From: Antechinus flavipes | Lineage: Eukaryota | Length of the DNA: 64,000 nucleotides | Reading direction: 5' to 3' | Assembly (NCBI RefSeq): GCF_016432865.1 | Contig: NC_067399.1 | Span: 261,082,001 to 261,146,000 of the forward strand | Shown: one piece after another, positions 11,990-22,029 of the stretch | Layout of the letters: each line of letters begins with the position of its first letter | Numbering within the stretch: position 1 is the first letter of the stretch | Notes under the pieces: generated by a model | Told to the model about the DNA's origin: nothing | What the model saw: only the letters and a program-made list of their open reading frames with translations | Database searches by the model: none | Position numbers and translations under genes: made by a program

Positions 11990-12610
11990 GCTGTGGTTAG
12001 CAGAAGAATTGATAAAAATTCATCCCTTAGACAAAGAGGAAAAAAATTCTGATAATGGAGATCTGTTTAGTTCCTTGGTCTTACCCTCTAAAGATGATCT
12101 AGACAGAAATCCAAGTTATGAAAAGACTCCGAGGCTAAAATTTCCCTATGAAGCAATTTATGGGCCAGTTTTGCTGCTGCATTACTTCAGGTCAGTCTGC
12201 CTCGGCATTCTGCCCGGTGTTGTCTTTCCCCTTCTCCTTCCCCCATGCCACTTGGTATCTCCCCTAACTTCATTATGCTTTCCAATGCCATTTCTCTTTA
12301 CAACTAACTCTTTTGGGAAGCTAAATCCCTTTCAGGATTTAGCCTGCCAGCTAAGAACATATTCCAACCTCATGTCGTGCTCCCTCTTTATTGTGTAATT
12401 GTGAGCTCCACTGAGGAACTTGTCTTTCATATGTTCTCCCAACCCTATTTAATATTTACCACTCCCGGTGTCTATTTTATTCCTTCATTTTGTCTGTAAC
12501 TGTTCCCCTAAATAAATCTACCTTTTGCCAAAGAGAATGGTGATTGTGAATATGTCACATGACTGAACTCAACTTTTGGTGCTTGCCATCATTTGGTTAC
12601 AAACCCCACA
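11990..12610 (+). mobile_element. Probable solo LTR
   Basis: AATAAA at ~12511, U5-like 'ttttgccaaagagaatgg...gtgaat' and a CA end. The 5' boundary is uncertain. Confidence 0.4.
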
Positions 12611-12714
12611 TCATAGATCACATCACTCACTCTGACTCAAAATTCTTCATAACTAACCCCGATCTACTTTTTCAGTCTTTTTATGTTTTGCTCCTAAACA
12701 AGGATTCTTCCATC

Positions 12715-13108
12715 CAGTGACACTGACATCTGGCTTGTTCTGTGAAGTCTGAGTTCTTGGCATTCTATCTGGCTATTCCGGCATTCCTGGAATGCTCTCC
12801 CTTACCCTTTCCCCTCTACAAACTTGGTTGGCTTCCTTTAAATCCCATATAAAATCCCACCCTCTATGGGAAGACTTCGCGAAATCCTTTTAATCCCCAG
12901 TGCCTTACCTCCATTAACTATTTTCTGTTTATACTGAATATATTTTTATATACATTTGTTTGTATGTGGTCCTCTGGGTTATATTGTAAAATCTTTGAGG
13001 TCAAGAACTGGTTTTTGCCTGTACTGGTTTTGCCTCTTTTGTATCCGTAGAGTTTAGCAAAGTGCCTGGAATTTAGTAGGTGCTTAATTAATGTTTATTG
13101 ATTGACTG
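12715..13108 (+). mobile_element. L2 3' end
   Basis: Ends in the typical L2 tail 'gcaaagtgcctggaatttagtaggtgcttaattaatgtttattgattgactg'. Confidence 0.65.
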
Positions 13109-14192
13109 GGAAGATGCAGACCTACAGCTATGAAATCCCAGGTCCATCTCACTCCCAATCCCCATTCATCATTGCCTCCATAATTACAGCATTCTTCCAA
13201 GGAAGAGTGATTCAGAAGCCAAAAGTTCCCACCTCTCTCACCCAGCCAAGATTTGTTTACTATCCTATGCTCCCTAAGCTGACGAGAGGAGGACTGGATA
13301 AAGAATATGTAGCACATATTCAAACTATTACACGTACGAAGAAGAAAGTTAATTTTTTCTGGGAATTTAAGATCCAGAAACCTGAAAGTGTGCAAAAGGA
13401 GTCATTCGGGAGATGCTAAAAGTTTAGGGACTGGAATACACATATGCCCTGGATCACTTGTTTGATTTTGCCAATGGCCCAGCAGCTTTTGTCCATTTCT
13501 TCGTTCGCTAGCTGTTAGTTCGCTGCTTCATTCATTTAACAGCATCGTTAAGGTGCCTGTCTTGTGCTAATAGATGCCAGATCCCGTGTTGGCGCTGGGT
13601 ATACAAAGACAAGAACGAAACCGTGCTCGCCCCTTGATTGTAATGTCTCCCTCTCCTTTGCAGCAAATAAATTCTGCTCTTGTGACATCCAGTATCTACA
13701 AGTTCTTTCTGGACACCTATAGTCCACCCGAGACTTTGGGTGTGATCCTGAGATCACGCCCAAGAAAGAAAAGAAAATTTTAAAAGAGAAGAAAATTATG
13801 GAAAGAAACCGGAGCGAGGCGAGGAAGGAACTGGGCACATGAATGGAGAGTGAAAGAAAGGCGTTGGCTTGGTTTTGCACTGGTTCCAAGTGTTTTCCAG
13901 GAGAGTTGAAGGCAACGGAAAGAAGGTGGTCAGAAGTAGTTGGGTGGTGGATGGCGCTGCGGAAATAGGAAGTGAGCTGATATTTGGAGGGAGAGAAGAG
14001 ACATCATCGGCAGGCGTGAACAGCGTGGCAAGCGTTTGGACTGCGGCTGGGAGCAGGTGGGAAAACATGCTCTTAAGCCGGCTATCCCAAAGGGCATAAT
14101 TTTCTGGATTTGAAAGAGGACCAAAAAAAGATAGGGCACCAACCAGTCTCACTCCTTTAAAAGAAGATGCCTGAGAGATAACCTCCGTGCGC

Positions 14193-14283
14193 CCTTCGAT
14201 AGCTCAGTTGGTAGAGCGGAGGACTGTAGTGACACTTATCCCTAGCTATCCTTAGGTCGCTGGTTCGACTCCGGCTCGAAGGA
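14193..14283 (+). tRNA. tRNA-Tyr(GTA) with 18-nt intron (14230-14247)
   Basis: Canonical exons CCTTCGATAGCTCAGTTGG...CTGTAG / ATCCTTAGG...CGAAGGA. Intron TGACACTTATCCCTAGCT; T4 terminator at 14293-14296. Confidence 0.97.
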
Positions 14284-14613
14284 AGCGCCTCCTTTTGGAC
14301 ACGTCTCGCACTTCTCTCTTCTCGGGAAATCCTCCTCTTGAAAGGCACCTTTGACCAACGCTCAACAGGGCCTCAGAAGCCTCGGAAGAAAACAGCCCTT
14401 GCCTCAACCGACCTTTTCGTCACGCTCCCTCAAAGGGCTAACGGACTTTGCACTGAACAGAAAACTAATTGATTTGTTCAAGTTTATCGAAGGGTGCCCA
14501 AGTGAGTCTAGCACAAGCTGCAGGACTGGCCTTTGTGCAACGAGGCTGATTTGAGAAAGTGGGAAAGCAAGCGCTCTAGTGAATGATCACTTTTCGTCCT
14601 AGCCTTCCACATG

Positions 14614-14698
<85 letters not shown>

Positions 14699-14699
14699 T
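14614..14699. repeat. Compound (TACA)n(TA)n(T)n microsatellite
   Basis: Directly visible; the inverted copy at ~20158-20212 is shorter. Confidence 0.9.
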
Positions 14700-15040
14700 G
14701 CTAGGAGTCAGCACCAAGACTGTTTCCTCGAGAGCGCTTATCTTGCCTGTTTTAAGATCCTTGGAGATTCCATTTTTGAGGTAGGCAGAGCTGTGGTCTC
14801 TAGTGGAGAACTCGGCACGTGTAAGAAATGCATAAATATCTGTGAAGACAAAAGAGACGAAAGGGAGTTTGGGAGGGAAGACATAAGAAAGGAAGGTTTG
14901 AAAGAAGAAGGACGGGGGAGAATGAATTAGCGGTAGGAATGGTTTCTGTGGGTGCGCAGAAAAATAGAAAGAACCCAGATGCAGGACTGGCATTTCCCTC
15001 ATTTTTCAAGTAGACAGCGTGTGGGTACGTTGATATTCCC

Positions 15041-15132
15041 CCTTCGATAGCTCAGCTGGTAGAGCGGAGGACTGTAGTGGTTAAACACCTGTGGTCATCC
15101 TTAGGTCGCTGGTTCGACTCCGGCTCGAAGGA
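15041..15132 (+). tRNA. tRNA-Tyr(GTA) with 19-nt intron (15078-15096)
   Basis: Canonical exons with C16. Intron TGGTTAAACACCTGTGGTC; T4 terminator at 15148-15151. Confidence 0.97.
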
Positions 15133-16010
15133 AATGTGGGAAACCTATTTTGAACTTTCACCCGGGTGTCACCCAGCCTCTCCAAGCATAGGAAAAGAGG
15201 GGGAGCAATTGACTGGACCACGAAGTCTGTCTACCTAGCTCCTCAAAGCAACTGGATCTTGAGACCATTAAGTCACTTCGGCTTTAAGTACAGCAGATCA
15301 ATTACTCTCGTTCTTACTGCTCCTTGCTCCTCTTTTTTATTTACTTATTTTACATCTCAATTCCGTAGAGTTGTTTTCCAAGATGAAGAAAGAAGCATGA
15401 GAGATCTTGAGGAAGATAAGAACAAGTCAAGTCCAAAGCAGCACAAGTGGATTGCGAGAATTTGGAAGCAGGTAGACAACACTAATGAAAACATTTGAGA
15501 TGATGGCCCTAAGTGACTCGATCAAAACGATGAATTTCTTGTATAATTGATATCTGATGAGGGAGAGAAGGAATTTGGAATTCAAATTGGTTTTAAATGA
15601 ATGCTAAAAATAAATGAATTGACTAATTTTTTAAAAATCATGATGAACCTTTGAAGGGGAAATGATGTCCTCTGGGGAGGGAAAGATTTCTGCAAGAACT
15701 GCAACAGGAAAGCGGTTATGCTAGGTGTGTTCTACCCTACTGTAGGCGTTTTCTGTATCGTCAGTGTTGCAAATACAGAAAAAGATTCTGAACTTTCCTT
15801 CGTCCTTATTCATCCTTCTTAACTTGCAAAGGACTAATGACAACATGATGTTCGATGTTAAGGTACAAAGTGTTTGCCTGTGATCTATCCGTCCTTAGGA
15901 AAGTACAGTCTACTTACTAGCTTTATTTGGTCAGTACCACCAAATTCAAGGAGAATTCCACTATCCAAGTTTCAGGGTTTTAGAAACAAAAGGGAGGATA
16001 AAGAGGTGAC

Positions 16011-16585
16011 ACAGAACGAGAAGCTATGGCATATGAATGTAACGGAATTATTATTATCATTATTGTTCTTCTATACGAAATGACGAGCAGGCCGATTTCA
16101 GAAAAGCCTGAAAAGACTTACATGAACTGATGCTAAGTGAAGTGAATAAAATCTAGAGAATATTGTACACAGCAACAAAATTTTGTGATGACCAACTATG
16201 ATGGACTTGGCTCTTTTCAACAACAAAGTTATTCAAGACAATTCCAATAGTTCCAATAGAAGTGATGGAAAGGGTCATCCTCATCCAGAGAAAAATCTAT
16301 GGAGACCGAATGTGAATCAAATTATAGTATTTTCACCTTTTGTTGTTGTTATTGTTATTTCCCTGTTTTTTCCCCCTTTTTCTCCGGCTTTTCTCCCTTT
16401 GATTTGATTTTTCTCATTCAGCAATGATAAATGTTGAAATATATTTAAAGCAATTGTTATATAGAGGAAGGGGAAAAGAGGGAAGGTGGGAGAAAAAATT
16501 GGAACATGAAGTTTTGGAAAAGTGAATGGTAAAAAAAAAAACAACTATATTTAGATGTATATTGAAAAATAGAAGACTATTATAA
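16011..16585 (+). mobile_element. L1 3' end
   Basis: 'gatttcagaaaagcctgaaaagacttacatgaactgatgctaagtgaag' followed by the marsupial L1 3'UTR. Confidence 0.8.
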
Positions 16586-16599
16586 TTATTGAAAGAAAG

Positions 16600-17270
16600 A
16601 GATTCATGCCATCAAATTCCCAAGAAATTATTTTACAGAGATAGAAAAAAAAATAACAAAGTTCAACTGAAAGTACAAAAGGTCAAGAATTTCAAGGGAA
16701 TTAATGAAAAAAAAAAAAAAGCCAATGAAGGTGGCCCAGCTGTGCCAGACGTAAAACTATATTACAAAGCAGCAGTCATCAAAAACCATTTGGTACTGGC
16801 TAAGAAATACAGTAACCAAGCAGTAGAATTGGTTGGGGTCACAAGACAAAATAGTCAATAACTATAGCAATCTAGTGTTTCACAAACGCAAAGACTCCAG
16901 GTTTTGGGTTAAGAACTCACTATATACGATGACCAATTCTGATGGACTTGACTCTTTCGGACAATGAGATGAGTGAGACCAGTTCCAATGATCTTGTTTG
17001 TGATGAAGAAAATCATTACACCCAGGGAGAGAACTGTGGGAACTAAGTGTAGACCACAACATAGAATTTTCACTCTTTTTGTTGTTCTCTTGCATGTTGT
17101 TTTCTTTTTCATCTTTTCCCCTTTTTGATCTGATTTTTGTTGTGCAGCAAGATAGCTGTATTAACATGTATACATATGTCGGATTTAACATATATTTTAA
17201 TATATTTAACATATTTTGGATTACTTGCCATCTAGGGAAGAAGGAAGGATGGAAGGAAGGAAGGAAGAAG
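16600..17270 (+). mobile_element. Internally deleted L1 (ORF2 piece joined to the 3' region)
   Basis: ORF2-like GGPAVPDVKLYYKAAVIK at 16600-16925, then a jump to 'atgaccaattctgatggacttg' 3' sequence. Confidence 0.7.
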
Positions 17271-17441
17271 GAAGGAAGGAAGGAAAACTCATAAGTCTTT
17301 TTCGAATTCCAGATCCTGTTTAATTTTTCTCGGTAACTAGGGACGTCTGAAGGTTGGAGGGTCTTCTGGAAGGGTGTCTGAATACAAGAATCTGCGTAGC
17401 TGAAGAAATTCCCCGTTATAGTATTAGTGAAAAGAAAAGTT

Positions 17442-17513
17442 GGGCTCGTCCGGGATTTGAACCCGGGACCTCTCGCACCCAAAGCGAGAATCATACCCCT
17501 AGACCAACGAGCC
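17442..17513 (-). tRNA. tRNA-Pro(TGG)
   Basis: Canonical 72 nt with anticodon loop CTTTGGG. Confidence 0.97.
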
Positions 17514-19724
17514 ACGTCAGTCGAAAAGGTCTTTCCTCCCCAGTCTTTCAGAAGATCCATAGTCTAGTATACTTAGGGAATTTTCTTTTCCATCCGACAG
17601 ACGATTTTCTCAGAAGGTTCTCTCTTCTTCCTTTTCCATCATTCTTCCGTCCAACTTAACTCCCCTTCCACATTTTCAGCATTTGCCACCTTTGCTCTTT
17701 TTCTGAAAAAGACGCATACTCCAAATTTCTACAGGATAGACAGAGATTCCCTGGATACTTTCTACAACCTTTCTGTCCTGCTCAGTGCCTATCCTGGAAA
17801 CAGGCGCTTAGTAAATCTGGCATCTCCAACTGTTATAAAAGGACAAGAACATCTTCTGCTTCCATCCTTAATCCAATAAACATAGTCAATTTTACACGCT
17901 TTCCCTCCAACTACTCCTATCTCAACTTCCCTCCCGAAGATTATTAGACAACTCTCAGGACTCTTTTTCATTCTCTCCATTAACATAGAGATTAACGTAA
18001 ATAGTACAGATTTAAAATTTACTGAAATCACTCCCACTTTGACCGCTGTTGCTTCAAATAGTGAAACAGGCTCTAGCTTATTGTTACTCCGCTCCTTCTT
18101 TTTGTCTCCCTCTTCCCACCCTATCCAACCTGCCTAAACCCCCATTCATTCTCTTCGATTTTACCTTCTTATTCCGGATGATTTCAGTCTGTCACCTTAA
18201 GTCAATGTGCGTCCTTTTGATTCGTGAGTAGACTACAGGATTACTCTGGAGGCTTAAGGAGATCCCAAGGCTCAGGGACTGCAGAAGAGGGTTCCCATGT
18301 TAGCCAAGCTGGTCAATGGGACTCCTGTCCACACTTGTTCACACCAATCTAGGATCATAAATCTGGATCGAGTTCGTAGGGACCTTTGCAAACACTTTCC
18401 ACATACTATATGATTAAATCTCGTGATAGTAACTAGCTGTGTGATCCTGGGTCCTTTATTTAACCTCTCTGAGTCTCATTTCTTCATAGGTAAAATAGGG
18501 AAAATAATAATTGTGAGGTGGGTATCATTGGTATTATAACACCTACGTGTTTGCTTTTAGAGTCATTATTGTCGTCGTTTTACTGATAAACTGAGACTTA
18601 GAAGGGTTGTCAGCTCAGTACCATATCAATTAATATCACTGGCAACACTCCAAGAAATATCTCCATGACTGCAAGTCCAATATTCTTTTTACTATTCAAC
18701 TAAGGATCCAGTTTGATGAACAAGACAGTGGAGTGGGAAATTCACTCTATCCGTCCTCCAAAAAGTCTTGGGATTCTTCCAAAGTTCAGTTCCTAGTGCC
18801 TGGAAGAATTGGACAGAAACTTTCTGTCAAATCTTTCAATAGTTCGTGCATTTCATACCTCTTTTGTGCACTATTATAGCCTGATGATTCTGTTTTGTGT
18901 TGTGACATTGTAAACATGAGTATTTGTGGCTGAGATGGAGTACTTGGGAACAAAGAGAGCAATTATTTGATGAGAACTATTCTACACTTAGCTTTATAAC
19001 CTGGATGTATTCCTGTAGATCTTGTTTTTCTACCTTATAAAGAAAGAGTCCTTTCTCTATTAAATGAGCTGAATAATCCGTGCTCTTTTTTTAAAAATAG
19101 AATTTCATTTGCATGATAGAAATTCATGCAAATTATCATGCAATTTGATAGAATTTCTGTAATTTCATACAAAAGAGCACTTCACTTCTTGGAAGTGCGG
19201 GAGTGGGAAGTGAGGAGAAGAAATGGAAAGAGACACAAGTTCATTACACTTAACTTAATATTTCAGAAAACAAAAATCTTCACAACAAAAAACATCACAG
19301 CGCTGTCATGTGCATCTTCGATACGCAGCTTTCTGCACTTATCTGAATTCATTCTGTTGTTGATTAAAATAATGTACATCACAGAATCAGAGACAGATAC
19401 CTGGGACATTTCCTCAAAAGAGGATAAGATACTTCCTGTTTTCCAAACGGCAAGAAAACTTGAGGGAACTATAGAATTATTCTACTTGGAAAAGGACGTT
19501 TATTCAATCCTCCCCAGCGATGGAGCTGCATTCCCTCCATGACTACGGAAGGTAACAGAGGATATATGGGTGGCAAGAATTAGTTTATTGTCCCTCAAGA
19601 TCCAGTTGCTTTGAGGAGCTAGGTAGACAGACTTCGTGGTCCAGTCAATTGCTCCCCCTCTTTTCCTATGCTTGGAGAGGCTGGGTGACACCCGGGTGAA
19701 AGTTCAAAATAGGTTTCCCACATT

Positions 19725-19816
19725 TCCTTCGAGCCGGAGTCGAACCAGCGACCTAAGGATGACCACAGGTGTTTAACCACTACAGTCCTCCGCTCTACCA
19801 GCTGAGCTATCGAAGG
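19725..19816 (-). tRNA. tRNA-Tyr(GTA) with 19-nt intron
   Basis: Identical to 15041-15132 in reverse complement. Confidence 0.97.
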
Positions 19817-20157
19817 GGGAATATCAACGTACCCACACGCTGTCTACTTGAAAAATGAGGGAAATGCCAGTCCTGCATCTGGGTTCTTTCTATTTTTCTG
19901 CGCACCCACAGAAACCATTCCTACCGCTAATTCATTCTCCCCCGTCCTTCTTCTTTCAAACCTTCCTTTCTTATGTCTTCCCTCCCAAACTCCCTTTCGT
20001 CTCTTTTGTCTTCACAGATATTTATGCATTTCTTACACGTGCCGAGTTCTCCACTAGAGACCACAGCTCTGCCTACCTCAAAAATGGAATCTCCAAGGAT
20101 CTTAAAACAGGCAAGATAAGCGCTCTCGAGGAAACAGTCTTGGTGCTGACTCCTAGC

Positions 20158-20160
20158 AAA

Positions 20161-20211
<51 letters not shown>

Positions 20212-20212
20212 C
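20158..20212. repeat. Compound (A)n(TA)n(TGTA)n microsatellite
   Basis: Shorter inverted counterpart of 14614-14699. Confidence 0.9.
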
Positions 20213-20551
20213 ATGTGGAAGGCTAGGACGAAAAGTGATCATTCACTAGAGCGCTTGCTTTCCCATCTTTCTCAAATCAGCCTCGTTGCACAAAGGCCAG
20301 TCCTGCAGCTTGTGCTAGACTCACTTGGGCACCCTTCGATAAACTTGAACAAATCAATTAGTTTTCTGTTCAGTGCAAAGTCCGTCAGCCCTTTGAGGGA
20401 GCGTGACGAAAAGGTCGGTTGAGGTAAGGGCTGTTTTCTTCCGAGGCTTCCAAGGCTTCCGAAGCCCTGTTGAGCGTTGGTCAAAGGTGCCTTTCAAGAG
20501 GAGGATTTCCCGAGAAGAGAGAAGTGTGAGACGTGTCCAAAAGGAGGCACT

Positions 20552-20642
20552 TCCTTCGAGCCGGAGTCGAACCAGCGACCTAAGGATAGCTAGGGATAAG
20601 TGTCACTACAGTCCTCCGCTCTACCAACTGAGCTATCGAAGG
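20552..20642 (-). tRNA. tRNA-Tyr(GTA) with 18-nt intron
   Basis: Identical to 14193-14283 in reverse complement. Confidence 0.97.
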
Positions 20643-22029
20643 GCGCACGGAGGTTATCTCTCAGGCATCTTCTTTTAAAGGAGTGAGACTGGTTGGTGCC
20701 CTATCTTTTTTTGGTCCTCTTTCAAATCCAGAAAATTATGCCCTTTGGGATAGCCGGCTTAAGAGCATGTTTTCCCACCTGCTCCCAGCCGCAGTCCAAA
20801 CGCTTGCCACGCTGTTCACGCCTGCCGATGATGTCTCTTCTCTCGCTCCAAATATCAGCTCACTTCCTATTTCCGCAGCGCCATCCACCACTCAACTACT
20901 TCTGACCACCTTCTTTCCGTTGCCTTCAACTCTCCTGGAAAACACTTGGAACCAGTGCAAAACCAAGCCAACGCCTTTCTTTCACTCTCCATTCATGTGC
21001 CCAGTTCCTTCCTCGCCTCGCTCCGGTTTCTTTCCATAATTTTCTTCTCTTTTAAAATTTTCTTTTCTTTCTTGGGCTTCAATATATAATATTCAACAAT
21101 ATTGTAAAACCATAAATCGCATCGAATATTCCCACCTGCATGCATGAAGGGAAATTTTCTAGTCCTGGAGTTCCCCTACAGCAATGAAATCCCGATCTCA
21201 CTCCCAATCCCTATTCATCATTGCCTCCATAATTACAGCATTCTTCCAAGGAAGAGTGATTCAGAAGCCAAAAGAAACTCAAACATACAACTCATTTCAG
21301 CCCCTAAACTTTTAGCATCTCCTCAAATGACTTTTTTTGCACACATTCCGGTTTTTAGATCCTAGGGAAAAAACCTTCATATTGCTTTGGAGGAGGGGAG
21401 AGACAGAAACCACAGGCCCATACAGATGGAAAGTCCCATGGGTGCAGCATGCTTCTGGAGAGGGGACATGTGCTTCTAAGGAAGTGCCTCCCAGGGAGGC
21501 AGCAATGGCCCCTGGGAAGGGGAGTTCTACTCCCAAGGAGCCTTCTGAGACTAGGATACTTAAATCCTAATCTTGTTGGCCATTTGGAACTGGTAGATTT
21601 TTTTTTTTTTTTTTTTTGCTGAAGTTAAGGGAACTCAGGGAATATTTGAGGTACCCTGGTACAAGAAAAGACAAATCGGTAATTGACAAGATATTCTTGG
21701 ATACAGCTGTATTTATCTTAATTTTTTTTTTTTTTTGCTGTCAATATCTTTTCTGCCCAATCTTATAGCAATAGTTTCCATGCATAAATTCCCTTTCAGG
21801 GGAGAATGTCAAAGTTGTCTCAGGACTAACAAGCCTAATAACAATACACATGGGGCATTTACTTTCCCATGAAATGAGATGGATAGATAGTAACAGAACC
21901 AATGAATATGAACTTGAACAGACTTTGAGAGATAGTTGAGGACAGAAAGGCTTATTGTCCATGTAGTCATAAAAAGTTTGACATACCTGAATGATCGAAC
22001 AACAACAAAATTTAAAGAACAATTAAATC

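Larger units (their letters stand above)
13758..15263 (+). repeat. Left arm of a near-identical 1.5-kb inverted repeat carrying two tRNA-Tyr genes
   Basis: Reverse complement of 19594-21077 with only a handful of substitutions, one 9-bp and one 1-bp indel, and a microsatellite length difference. Confidence 0.95.
19594..21077 (-). repeat. Right arm of the near-identical 1.5-kb inverted repeat
   Basis: Reverse complement of 13758-15263. The ORF track shows identical or near-identical spurious translations on opposite strands. Confidence 0.95.

Noticed and set aside
16880-17560. 226-aa minus-strand ORF
   Set aside because: It runs through tRNA-Pro, a GGAA repeat and antisense L1; not a credible protein.
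13796-21039. Paired ORFs of 70-164 aa duplicated on opposite strands
   Set aside because: They result from the inverted repeat, overlap tRNA genes and microsatellites, and show no recognisable protein similarity.
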